Source of the DNA: an uncultured Acidimicrobiaceae bacterium
GTDB lineage: Bacteria > Actinomycetota > Acidimicrobiia > Acidimicrobiales > Bog-793
Direction of reading: 5' to 3'
DNA length: 64,000 nt
Assembly (NCBI GenBank): GCA_963785415.1
Contig: CAWAVB010000002.1
Location: forward strand, 13,434-77,433
The translations under genes and the position numbers were made by a program. Positions 42,892 to 52,238 of this stretch are shown one piece after another; the stretch's first letter is position 1, and the number at the start of each line of letters is the position of its first letter. The notes under the pieces are model-generated. The model made no database searches and was not told the DNA's origin. It was given only the letters and a program-made list of their open reading frames with translations.

Positions 42892-43157
42892 GCGAGCGAC
42901 GGTCGGTCCTGCTGCGGATCGACCCAGCGGTCCACGATGCGCTGACCCGCTGGGCCAACGACGAGTTCCGCAGCGTCAATGCCCAGATCGAGTTCGCCCT
43001 GCGACGGGCACTCGCCGAGGCGGGCCGGATGCCGAAAAGGGCAGGAGCCATGCCCCGGCGGGGCCGCCCGCCGTCAGTCGAAAAAGAGTTGGGGGACGTC
43101 CCACGAGTTGGTGTAAATCGCGCAGAGGGTCCACCACTTAGTGGACCACCGGAGTGA
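42888..43157 (+). CDS. Arc-like ribbon-helix-helix regulator; C-terminus replaced by IS256 sequence
   Basis: VLLRIDPAVHDALTRWA..RSVNAQIEFAL. The ORF runs into the IS left end. Confidence 0.85.
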   Translation: MSERRSVLLRIDPAVHDALTRWANDEFRSVNAQIEFALRRALAEAGRMPKRAGAMPRRGRPPSVEKELGDVPRVGVNRAEGPPLSGPPE

Positions 43158-44498
43158 ATCTCGACGTGTCCAGCAAGACACGACAAGGAGATCACACCGG
43201 TGGCCCAACATGATTTTGACCCCTACGAGCTACTCGACGCGCTCCGGGCAGGAGACGACGTCGATCTCATCCGTCAAAGCGTCGAGATGGTCCTGCAAGC
43301 CCTGATAGAAGCCGAGGTGACCGGCGTCATCGGCGCCGAGCCTCACGAGCGCACAGAGGACCGCCAGAACTACCGCAACGGGCATCGTCCGCGGGTGCTG
43401 TCGACCAAGGCGGGCGACTTGGAGCTCTCCATCCCCAAGCTCCGCTCGGGCTCCTTCTTCCCTCAGATCCTCGAGCGAAGGCGCCGGATCGACAGGGCAT
43501 TGTTCGCGGTCGTGATGGAGGCCTACGTCCATGGCGTCTCGACGCGCAAGGTCGACGACCTGGTGCGGGCCCTCGGGGTCGGCTCCGGGATCTCAAAGTC
43601 CGAGGTCTCTCGGATCTGTAGTGAGCTCGACAAGGAGATGGAGGCCTTCCGGACCCGCCGGCTCGACCACGTCGCCTTCCCCTACCTGTTCTGCGACGCC
43701 ACCTACGTCAAAGGTCGCGTCCGTGGCCGGGTCGTGTCGAGAGCTGTTGTCGTCGTCACCGGTGTCACCTCGGTCGGCAATCGCGAGGTGCTCGGCTGCG
43801 ATGTCGGGGACTCAGAGGACGGGGTCTTCTGGACGGCGTTTTTGCGCAGCCTTCGCCAGCGGGGACTTCAGGGAGTTCGTCTTGTCATCTCCGACCACCA
43901 CCTCGGGTTGAAAGAGGCGATCGAGAAGGTCTTCATCGGTGCCTCCTGGCAGCGCTGCCGGGTGCACTTCCTACGCAACGCCCTGGCGGGGGTGCAAAGA
44001 CAGAAGGCCCAGATGGTCGCGGCCGCGATCAAGACGATCTTCGCCCAGCCTGACCGGGCCCACATCCACCGCCAGCTCGACGAGGTCGCCGACACGCTGC
44101 GGCCGGGCTTCCCGGAGGTGGCCAAGCTCCTCGAGGAGGCGAAGGCCGACCTGCTCGCCTTCTCCTACTTCCCGATGGCGCACTGGACCAAGATCTGGTC
44201 GACGAACCCCTTGGAGCGCGTGAACGCCGAGATCAAGCGACGCACGAACGTCGTCGGGATCTTTCCTAACGACGCCTCGGTGATGCGCCTCGTGACCGCC
44301 GTGCTCGTCGAACAGCACGACGAGTGGGAGGTGTCAGAACGCCGTTACCTCTCCGAAGAGTCCATGGGACTCATCGACCAACCCGTCGCCGACGAACTCG
44401 GTGGAGAGGGGGTGTCCCTGGCGATCATGGCCTGACAGACTGAACGCGCGTCGAGCACTTCGGTTCGGTCGATTTACACCACCGCGCGGGACGCGATC
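43092..44498 (+). mobile_element. IS256-family insertion sequence, 1407 bp
   Basis: 29-bp imperfect IRs (22/29, inner GGTGTAAATCG); 8-bp target duplication AAGAGTTG at 43084-43091 and 44499-44506. Confidence 0.93.
43200..44435 (+). CDS. IS256-family (mutator-like) transposase
   Basis: YRNGHR..IPKLR, GVSTRKV, LFCDATY, ISDHH.GL, WQRCRVH, STNPLERVN.EIKRR. Confidence 0.96.
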   Translation: MAQHDFDPYELLDALRAGDDVDLIRQSVEMVLQALIEAEVTGVIGAEPHERTEDRQNYRNGHRPRVLSTKAGDLELSIPKLRSGSFFPQILERRRRIDRALFAVVMEAYVHGVSTRKVDDLVRALGVGSGISKSEVSRICSELDKEMEAFRTRRLDHVAFPYLFCDATYVKGRVRGRVVSRAVVVVTGVTSVGNREVLGCDVGDSEDGVFWTAFLRSLRQRGLQGVRLVISDHHLGLKEAIEKVFIGASWQRCRVHFLRNALAGVQRQKAQMVAAAIKTIFAQPDRAHIHRQLDEVADTLRPGFPEVAKLLEEAKADLLAFSYFPMAHWTKIWSTNPLERVNAEIKRRTNVVGIFPNDASVMRLVTAVLVEQHDEWEVSERRYLSEESMGLIDQPVADELGGEGVSLAIMA

Positions 44499-44642
44499 AA
44501 GAGTTGACGTCCCGGTGGGACGACCCCGATTAGATCGAAGGTCATCGGAGATTCGCGGCGATGACCATTCGATTCGCACTACGCCCGGATCGTCCCGGCA
44601 CGGACCGAGGTGGGCGCGGGTTCGGGCCGGATGCCGAGGACC

Positions 44643-46007
44643 TCACCGACTGGGAGTTGGCGCGAGCGAGATCGTCGCGACCGACCCGAGCGAGGACAGG
44701 GCGATCGGCGGTGGGTGTCGGCTCAGCCCCCAGTCGGTCACCTGGAACGTCTTTTGGTCGACGACGACACACAGGAACGAGCCGGTCGGCAGCGGGGCGC
44801 CGGAAGGGGGCGACGCGTCGTAGGCGGTGAACGACCCCTGCAGCAGGATCAGGTAGACGGGCTCGCTGCCGGCCATGGACGGCGTCGAGTCCCCGGGGGT
44901 CGCGACCCGCAGCGCCTGCGCGTGGCTCGTCGCCACGGCTTGCACCGCCTCCACGTGCGGGTCGCCGTTCGCCTTCGCCATGTCCCGGGCGATCGTCGCC
45001 AGCCTCGCCCGCGCCGCCGGCGGGACCCTCGAGGAATGAACCGGCTTTGGTGCGGCCGAGGGATCGCACCCGATCGCCGCTTCGCGCGTCGCCTCGGCCT
45101 CGTGAACGGGCAGCACCTTTACGACCGCGCGCAGAAGCGCGCAGTTCGCGTCGTAGAGCGCGGGCATCGAGCGACCGTGTTCGGTGACCTCGACCTCGGG
45201 CGGGCACTGCCAACCTTCGGCCTCGAACAACGGCGGCGATCCCTTGCTCGGGCGGACGGTGATCTCAAAGAGGAGCACGTCCTCCATGCAGATGCCGCTC
45301 GGCGCGAGCGGCAGCGCGTTCAGCACGCCGATGACCGACCGCGCCCGGGCGGCCGGAACGACGAAGGTCACCGGGCCGCTCGACCCTCGCATCACGGACG
45401 ACCGAGAGAAACCGGTCACCTCGACCACGCCATGGTCGGGCGCGCGTTCGGTCCTCGGCCGGGAGGGCTCCCAGACGGTCTCGGCGTCGACGCGGATCAC
45501 CGCGCCTCCGGGTACGCCCCCGGAGAGGTAGTCGAGGTCCGCTTCAACGTCGTGCTCGCCCGACACCGGGATCGAGTACACGATCCCCGGGAGATCGCCG
45601 TCGGAGGTGTCGGTGATCGCCCCTTCCGATATGAGCTTCGAACCCGGTGGCATGTGCGCCTCGAGGTAGCTCTCGACCGCCTCGGGTGACTCGTCGACGA
45701 AGTAGTACCGGTGGACATCGATCGCGGCCTCGGGGTCGATCGTCTCGAACGGCGCGTCAAGCGGAGCCGAACCCGCCGAGGTCGTCACCCGCGCACCGGG
45801 CGGAAGGATCGCTTCGTCGAGCACGCGGTCGGCGAAGGCCTTACCAGGCGTGGGTTTCGCCGCGCCCGATGCGAACGGTTCGGTGGCCCCCGCCGCCAAC
45901 GACAGCGACGCCGCACCGAGCAACGCCACGACGACGACGACACCCACCGTGCGCGCCCGCTCGGCGGCGGCGCGGAGTCTTGCCGGTTCCCGGTCGTAAC
46001 CCGTCAT
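44643..46007 (-). CDS. Secreted multi-domain hypothetical protein
   Basis: Signal/TM VVVVVALLGAASLSLAAG, several Cys, clean 454-aa ORF. Confidence 0.65.
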   Translation of the reverse strand: MTGYDREPARLRAAAERARTVGVVVVVALLGAASLSLAAGATEPFASGAAKPTPGKAFADRVLDEAILPPGARVTTSAGSAPLDAPFETIDPEAAIDVHRYYFVDESPEAVESYLEAHMPPGSKLISEGAITDTSDGDLPGIVYSIPVSGEHDVEADLDYLSGGVPGGAVIRVDAETVWEPSRPRTERAPDHGVVEVTGFSRSSVMRGSSGPVTFVVPAARARSVIGVLNALPLAPSGICMEDVLLFEITVRPSKGSPPLFEAEGWQCPPEVEVTEHGRSMPALYDANCALLRAVVKVLPVHEAEATREAAIGCDPSAAPKPVHSSRVPPAARARLATIARDMAKANGDPHVEAVQAVATSHAQALRVATPGDSTPSMAGSEPVYLILLQGSFTAYDASPPSGAPLPTGSFLCVVVDQKTFQVTDWGLSRHPPPIALSSLGSVATISLAPTPSR

Positions 46008-46107
46008 CGTCCCGTGGACTCCTTCTTCCGAATCGTAAGCACTGCCGTCAACCGGCCCCTAACGGCGCGAGCCGTGTCGGGCGCATCCCGCCGCGGCGCC
46101 TCGCCGC

Positions 46108-47160
46108 CTAGGCGATCCGTCTGCGGACCCAGGGCCAGATACGGCGCCAGAGCCCGAGGACGATGAGGGCGACGACGACGAACGAAAGTACGCCGAACAG
46201 CAGATCGCCGAGGTGGGCGACGAGTGCCTTCACGCCGTTCACGAAGCTGGAGACCGCCTCGTGGACAGCGTGGCCGAAGCCGTTCGGTGAGCTCGACACG
46301 TGCGGGGACTTCGGGACGAAAAGGTCGACCGTGAGCGCCGAGTAGTCGACCTGGGTGGCGATCGTGCGCTGCTCGCCCTGGATCTGCTGGATCTGGCTCT
46401 GCACGTTCTCGATCTCGTTCTCGACCGAGAGCAGTTCCGAGATCTTGCCGGCACGGCCGAGCAGCACCTCGAGCTGGCTGCGCTCGTCGACGAGCGCGGT
46501 GAGCTGGGCGCCGAGATCGACGACCTTGCCGGTCACGTCGGTGTCCGAGGTCGTGAGACTCCGGACCCTGGCGATCTTCTCGGCCTTGGTGATGAACGCG
46601 GAGAACGACCCCGCCGGCACCTTCACGACGATCGTTCCGCCGGGCCGGGACCCGGTCTCGACGATGTCGGCGGCCGACACGTACCCGCCGAACGAGGCGG
46701 CGAGCGCCTCGAGGCGGGCGACGTCGCCGCGCAGTCGCGCCCGCGACAGTCTGAGCTTTAGCGTGCCGGTCGCGATGATGTCGCGCGCCTCCGCCTTCGC
46801 CGCTTGGGATGTTGCTTTATTCGAGTAGGGCGCGAGAATCGCGGGTCCTGCGAAATCGTTCGTCCCCGACGTCGAAGCCGTAGCCGTGTTCGCGACCCCG
46901 TGGCGGGGAGCCGACGCCGCGAGCGGGGCCGGCGACCCTCCCGACGAGGTGAGCAGCGCGACGGTGAGCGCGACAACGGCGGCGATACCCGTGCCGGCGA
47001 GCACGAGCTCGCGCGGACGGAACCGGGCCCGCACGACGTTCCCGTCGCGCTTCACCGGCGGTGCCGCGGCCGCGAGGATCTCGTCCGGGCCCCGGGTGGG
47101 AACGGCGAAGTCGCCTCCCGCCTCGTGAAACAGCGCCTCGAACTCGTCGTCGGTAATCAT
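46108..47160 (-). CDS. DUF4349-domain membrane protein with anti-sigma-like N-terminus
   Basis: GGYVS, VKVP..F, DVTGKVVDL..L, coiled coil, C-terminal TM. Start overlaps the sigma stop codon. Confidence 0.8.
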   Translation of the reverse strand: MITDDEFEALFHEAGGDFAVPTRGPDEILAAAAPPVKRDGNVVRARFRPRELVLAGTGIAAVVALTVALLTSSGGSPAPLAASAPRHGVANTATASTSGTNDFAGPAILAPYSNKATSQAAKAEARDIIATGTLKLRLSRARLRGDVARLEALAASFGGYVSAADIVETGSRPGGTIVVKVPAGSFSAFITKAEKIARVRSLTTSDTDVTGKVVDLGAQLTALVDERSQLEVLLGRAGKISELLSVENEIENVQSQIQQIQGEQRTIATQVDYSALTVDLFVPKSPHVSSSPNGFGHAVHEAVSSFVNGVKALVAHLGDLLFGVLSFVVVALIVLGLWRRIWPWVRRRIA

Positions 47161-47706
47161 CGGATCCCCTCTTCTGGTGCCGCGCACGCGTTGAGCGCGG
47201 CGTCGGCGCTAAGCAGCCGGCGGGCCTCGTGCAGGCGGGACTTCACCGTTCCCGGACGCCGGTGGATCGCGACGGCGATCTCTTTCTCCGACAGGCCCGC
47301 GTAGTACCGGAGGACGACCGGGACCCGCAGTGCTTCGGGCAGGCGCGCCGAGCGCGGCGCGCACGGCGCTCGCGCGCTCGCCGATGACGGCGATCTCGTC
47401 GGGGCCGGGCGAGACCTCGGCGAGGTGGGCGAGCGAATCCGACGGCCCACGGCGGCCGTCGGTGCTCCACTGCTTGCGCGCCCAGGAGTAGCAGGAGTTC
47501 ACGACGACGCGGTAGAGCCACGGGCGCGCCGCCTCCCCCTCGGGCATTGCGTCACGGAAGCGCCACATCCGCAGGAACGCCTCCTGCACCGCCTCCTCCG
47601 CCCCGGACGCGTCGTTCAGAACGAGACAGGCGGTGCGGTAGGCGGGCGCGTACCACGACCGCATCCACCCCTCGAGCACTTCAGAGTCCGGTGTCACGCG
47701 CCGCAC
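47157..47706 (-). CDS. ECF sigma factor; 1-base frameshift near 47345-47352
   Basis: Region 2 (AEEAVQEAFLRMW..PWLYRVVVN) and region 4 (LPEALRVPVVLRYYAGLSEKEIA..GTVKSRL) are in different frames. Confidence 0.85.
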
Positions 47707-47875
47707 GGCACACCTGGCCGTCGAGTTCTCACGGTCATAAGACTCCCCGGCTCCCCGATCGGTTCGATCCCGGCAATGAGCTGGGCGCGGACAGCGCCAT
47801 CACGACGTTAGGCGGACGGTGGGCGCGAATCGCTGCGCCTGCATGGAAGGATCGCGACCGGTCGGAAGGGGGCCC

Positions 47876-48382
47876 ATGGACATCTACGAACACGTTCCGC
47901 ACCCGCACACCCTCGAACGCCTCGAGCACCGCGACAAGCCGAAGGTGACAGCGGACATGCTCGACACGAGCACGACGATCAAGCGGTTCAACTCCTGGCT
48001 CGCGGTGAAGATCACCTCAGGCGTCGGGACGATGGCCTGCGCCTACCTGTTCGCGATCATCGCCCTGGTGAGTCTGCCGGCGATCCTCATCGAGGCGGGA
48101 GTGCTGCACCGCGACGACGTCCCGCTCTTTTTCACCAAGGCCGGGCTCATCCTCATCGTGGCCTGGATCGCCCAGACGTTCCTGCAACTCGTGCTGCTCT
48201 CGATCATCATCGTCGGACAGAACATCGCCGCGGCGGCGAGCGACAAGCGGGCCGAGGACACCTACAAAGACGCCGAATCGATCCTTTCCGAGGCGCTCGA
48301 GATCCAGAAGCACCTCCAGGCCCAGGACAAGGAGCTCATCACCGCGCTGCAAGCCGCGCTCGGCAGGGCCAGCGCCAGCTGA
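47876..48382 (+). CDS. DUF1003-like membrane protein
   Basis: WIAQTFLQLVLLSIIIVGQN..DKRAEDTY pattern. Confidence 0.65.
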   Translation: MDIYEHVPHPHTLERLEHRDKPKVTADMLDTSTTIKRFNSWLAVKITSGVGTMACAYLFAIIALVSLPAILIEAGVLHRDDVPLFFTKAGLILIVAWIAQTFLQLVLLSIIIVGQNIAAAASDKRAEDTYKDAESILSEALEIQKHLQAQDKELITALQAALGRASAS

Positions 48383-48599
48383 CCCGCGGCATGGCCGCCG
48401 GTCCCGCCTCAGCGACGGGCCGGGTCCGGCGGAGCATGGCGGCGATCGCGGTGCCGCGGTACGTTCGTGCCGTGACCCCGCCGCTGTCGTCGAGGAGACG
48501 GGGCGCGCCCGCACCCGGCCGCGGCACTGCGTCGCCCGGCTCGCCAATGGTGGCGCACGGGCACGTTCACGGCGCGGGCGCCGACCGGGACCCCGTCCG

Positions 48600-49490
48600 T
48601 TGACCCTCGAGTTCCTCGACTTACGGCGCCTATACGGCGATGTCGTCGCGCTCGACGACCTCTCGTTCGAGGTGCCGCCCGGCCAGGTCTTCGGGTTCCT
48701 CGGCCCGAACGGCGCTGGCAAGACGACGGCGATGCGGGCCGTGTTCGGACTCGTCGACCTCGACGCCGGCTCCGTGCGCTGGAACGGCGCGGCCATCGGG
48801 CTCCGCGAACGCCGGCGGTTCGGTTATATGCCCGAGGAACGGGGCCTCTACGCGGGCATGCAGATTCAGCGCCAGCTCGAGTACGTGTGCGAGCTCCACG
48901 GGAGAACCCCCGCCGACGCGGCTCTCGCGACGACGCACTGGCTCGAGCGTCTCGGGATCGCCGACCGGGCGACGCACAAGCTCGAGTCGCTCTCGCTCGG
49001 CAATCAGCAGCGGGTCCAGCTCGCCGCGGCGCTCGCGTTCGAGCCAGAACTGCTCATCCTCGACGAGCCGTTCGCCGGTCTCGACCCGGTCGGCATCGAC
49101 GAGGTGACGGGGATCCTCGACGAGCAGGCCCGTGCGGGACGGGGCGTGCTGTTCTCGAGTCACCAGCTCGACCTCGTCGAGGACATCTGCGAATCCGTCG
49201 CCATCATCGACAAGGGCCGGCTCGTCGCTCAGGGGAACCTCGAGGAGCTCGAGCGGCAGGGTGCCCGGCGGCTCGTCGTCAAGGTCGAGGGCGACCGCGA
49301 CGGCGCCTGGGCCCGCGGGATCGGCGGGGTCACGATCTCCCGCACCGAAGCCGGCGAATCACGACTCGTCCTCGATGACGGCGTCGACAGCCAGGAGCTG
49401 CTCGCCAGGGCGATGGCCGCCGGTCCGGTCGTCCGGTTCGACTTCGAGCGGCGGCGCCTTTCCGAGGTCTTCCGGGAGGCGGTCCGATGA
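48600..49490 (+). CDS. ABC transporter ATP-binding protein
   Basis: GPNGAGKTT, LSLGNQQR, ILDEPFAGLD. Confidence 0.92.
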   Translation: MTLEFLDLRRLYGDVVALDDLSFEVPPGQVFGFLGPNGAGKTTAMRAVFGLVDLDAGSVRWNGAAIGLRERRRFGYMPEERGLYAGMQIQRQLEYVCELHGRTPADAALATTHWLERLGIADRATHKLESLSLGNQQRVQLAAALAFEPELLILDEPFAGLDPVGIDEVTGILDEQARAGRGVLFSSHQLDLVEDICESVAIIDKGRLVAQGNLEELERQGARRLVVKVEGDRDGAWARGIGGVTISRTEAGESRLVLDDGVDSQELLARAMAAGPVVRFDFERRRLSEVFREAVR

Positions 49491-50836
49491 AGGCCACCCT
49501 CATCGTCGCCTTGGCTGTCGTGATCATCGGAATTCGCGTCTGGCGGCACCGTTACGCCCGCAAGAAGCTCGGGACGCCGGCCGGCAGCCCGGACAGATCG
49601 CCCCATGGAACGCGCGTCCGGGGCGACGTGGAGCTGATCGTCCGGCGCGAGGTCCACGAGCGCCTGACGACGCGGGTCTTCCGGATCGGGACGCTCGTCA
49701 TACTCCTCGGCGTCGCCGCGGCGGTCATCATCCCGGTCATCGACAAAGGAGGGACGCCGGTCGCCCGCGTCGGCATCGTCGGTCCGACGACGGCGCTCGT
49801 GCGCCCGACGCTCGCCGCGGCGGGTACCGCGCAAGGTGTCAAGGTCACGATCTCCGACGAGACTTCGCTTGCCGCGGCGAAGTCCGCGCTCCGGTCGGGC
49901 CGGATCGACCTCGTCCTCGTCGATGACCGCTACTTCGAGGTCGCCCAGGGCATCTCGGCGACGGACACCTCGGCGCTCGCGACCTACGCGCGGTCCGTCG
50001 CGCACTATCTCGGTGTCGAGGAAGCCCTCGCCAGACAGGGCATTCCCGCCTCGCACATCGGCGCGCTCACCCTCACGCTCGCCGGCTCGGCGGGCCTGGC
50101 GATCCGGGGCCTGAAGCCCGCCCACCACAAGAACGCCAACCTCGTCACGGCCCTCTACGTCCTCATCCTCACCTACGTGCTCCTTTCCCAGTACGGGACG
50201 TGGCTTTTGATGGGGGTCGTCGAGGAGAAGTCGACCAGGGTCGTCGAGGTGCTGCTCGCCGCGGTCTCGCCGCTGCGCCTGCTGGTCGGCAAGGTCACGG
50301 GCATCGGCCTTGTCGCGGCCGCCCAGGCGGCGGCCATCGTCGCCGTCGCCCTGGCGCTCGGCGCGGCCGTCGGGTCGAACCTCGTGAAAGGCACCGCGCC
50401 CGTCCCCGTCGTCGTCGGGCTCGTCTGGGTTGTCCTCGGCTACGCCTTCTACTGCTGGCTCTACGCCGCCGTCGGTTCGCTCGTCGAGCGGCAGGAACAG
50501 GTGCAGAGCGTCGCCTTCCCGATCGCGCTGCCGATGCTGTTCGGCTACATCATCTCGTTCACCGCGCTCGGCGCCTCGAGCCCGTCGCTTCTCAACCAGG
50601 TGCTCGCCTACCTGCCGCCGACGGCTCCCTTCGTCATGCCGGTGCTCTTCGCCCTCGGCCAGGTCGCCTGGTGGCAGCTCGTCGCCTCCGGCCTCATCAC
50701 CACGGCCGCGTCGGTCGGGATGGCACGGATCGCCGGCACGATCTACCGGCGAGCGATCCTGCGCACCGGGCGGCGCGTGAAGTTCAACGAGGTGCTCCAC
50801 CGGCCGGCGCGGCGGGCCCGGCCGGCCGCGACCTGA
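49487..50836 (+). CDS. ABC-2 permease (NatB-like)
   Basis: GVVEEKSTRVVEVLLA, GKVTGIG, PPTAPFVMP. Confidence 0.88.
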   Translation: MKATLIVALAVVIIGIRVWRHRYARKKLGTPAGSPDRSPHGTRVRGDVELIVRREVHERLTTRVFRIGTLVILLGVAAAVIIPVIDKGGTPVARVGIVGPTTALVRPTLAAAGTAQGVKVTISDETSLAAAKSALRSGRIDLVLVDDRYFEVAQGISATDTSALATYARSVAHYLGVEEALARQGIPASHIGALTLTLAGSAGLAIRGLKPAHHKNANLVTALYVLILTYVLLSQYGTWLLMGVVEEKSTRVVEVLLAAVSPLRLLVGKVTGIGLVAAAQAAAIVAVALALGAAVGSNLVKGTAPVPVVVGLVWVVLGYAFYCWLYAAVGSLVERQEQVQSVAFPIALPMLFGYIISFTALGASSPSLLNQVLAYLPPTAPFVMPVLFALGQVAWWQLVASGLITTAASVGMARIAGTIYRRAILRTGRRVKFNEVLHRPARRARPAAT

Positions 50837-50853
50837 GGCCGCGCTGCCCGCGC

Positions 50854-52182
50854 TCAGCCGGCCCCGAGCACCTCGTCGACGGCGCCCGCGAGCACGTCGA
50901 GACCCTCGCCCAATAGCTCGTCGGAGATGACGAACGGCGGGAGCAGGCGGATGACGTTGCCGTAGGTGCCACAGGAAAGGACGATGACCCCGGCGACGTG
51001 GCAGGCGTCGACGACCTTCTTCGTCGCCGTGGCGTCGGGCGCTTTCGTGCCGGGCCGGACGAACTCGATGGCGAACATCGCGCCCCTCCCACGCACTTCG
51101 CCGATGCCCGGGTGTCTGTCGGCCATGGCGGCGAGGCGTTTGGACAGCACGTCGCCCAAGTGCCGCGCCGCGGCGGGTAGGTCGAGGGCGCGCATCGTCC
51201 GGACGGCGGCGAGCGCGGCGACACAGGCGACCGGGTTGCCGCCGTAGGTCCCGCCTAGCCCGCCGGGGTGGACCGTGGCCATCAGCTCCGCCCGGCCGGT
51301 GACCGCGGCGAGCGGCAGGCCCGCGGCGATCCCCTTCGCCGAGGCGACGAGGTCCGGCACCACGCCCTCGTGCTCGCAGGCGTACCAGTACCCGGTGCGG
51401 CCGAACCCGGACTGGATCTCGTCGGCCACGAAGACGACGCCCGCTCCCCGGCTCCAGTCGGCGAGCGCCGAAAGGAATCCGTCCGCCGGGACGATGAAGC
51501 CGCCCTCGCCGAGGATCGGCTCGACGACGAGCGCGGCCACGTTCGCGGACCCCACCTGGACCTCGATCTCGTCGATCGCGCGGCCCGCCGCCTCGGCGCC
51601 CGTCATCCCCGCGGGGTCGCGGAAGGGGTACGACACCGGCACGCGGTAGACCTCGGGCGCGAACGGCCCGAAGCCCTGTTTGTACGGCATCACCTTGGCG
51701 GTCATCGCCATCGTGAGGTTCGTCCGCCCGTGGTAGGCGTGGTCGAAGACGACGACGGCCGGCCGGCCGGCCGCGACGCGGGCGATCTTCACCGCGTTCT
51801 CGACTGCCTCGGCTCCGGAGTTGAAAAGCGCCGACGTCTTGTCGTGATCGCCGGGGGTGAGCGCGTTCAGCTCCTCGCAGACTGCGACGTACGGCTCGTA
51901 GGGCGCGACCATGAAGCAGGTGTGGGTGAACGCGGCAACCTGCTCCGTCACCGCCGCGACGACCTCGGGCGCGGCGTGGCCAACGCCGGTGACGGCGATC
52001 CCGGAGCCGAGGTCGATGAAGCGGTTGCCGTCCAAGTCCTCGACGATCGCCCCGGAGGCGCGCGCGACGTAGGCCGGGAACGAGGACGAGACCCCGGGCG
52101 CGACGGCGCGCCGGCGCCGGGCGTCGAGGGCGCGCGAGCGCGGACCCGGCAGCTCGGTCCGGACCTCGCGACCCTGGGACAC
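50854..52182 (-). CDS. gabT: 4-aminobutyrate aminotransferase
   Basis: FNSGAEAVENAVKIAR, YHGRT, EPILGEGGF, DEIQSGFGRTG, SAKG PLP lysine. Confidence 0.92.
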   Translation of the reverse strand: MSQGREVRTELPGPRSRALDARRRRAVAPGVSSSFPAYVARASGAIVEDLDGNRFIDLGSGIAVTGVGHAAPEVVAAVTEQVAAFTHTCFMVAPYEPYVAVCEELNALTPGDHDKTSALFNSGAEAVENAVKIARVAAGRPAVVVFDHAYHGRTNLTMAMTAKVMPYKQGFGPFAPEVYRVPVSYPFRDPAGMTGAEAAGRAIDEIEVQVGSANVAALVVEPILGEGGFIVPADGFLSALADWSRGAGVVFVADEIQSGFGRTGYWYACEHEGVVPDLVASAKGIAAGLPLAAVTGRAELMATVHPGGLGGTYGGNPVACVAALAAVRTMRALDLPAAARHLGDVLSKRLAAMADRHPGIGEVRGRGAMFAIEFVRPGTKAPDATATKKVVDACHVAGVIVLSCGTYGNVIRLLPPFVISDELLGEGLDVLAGAVDEVLGAG

Positions 52183-52238
52183 ACCTTCTCGCGCCGGATG
52201 CTCGCGGTCTTCCACAGCCCGTCCCTTCTCCTTTTCGC

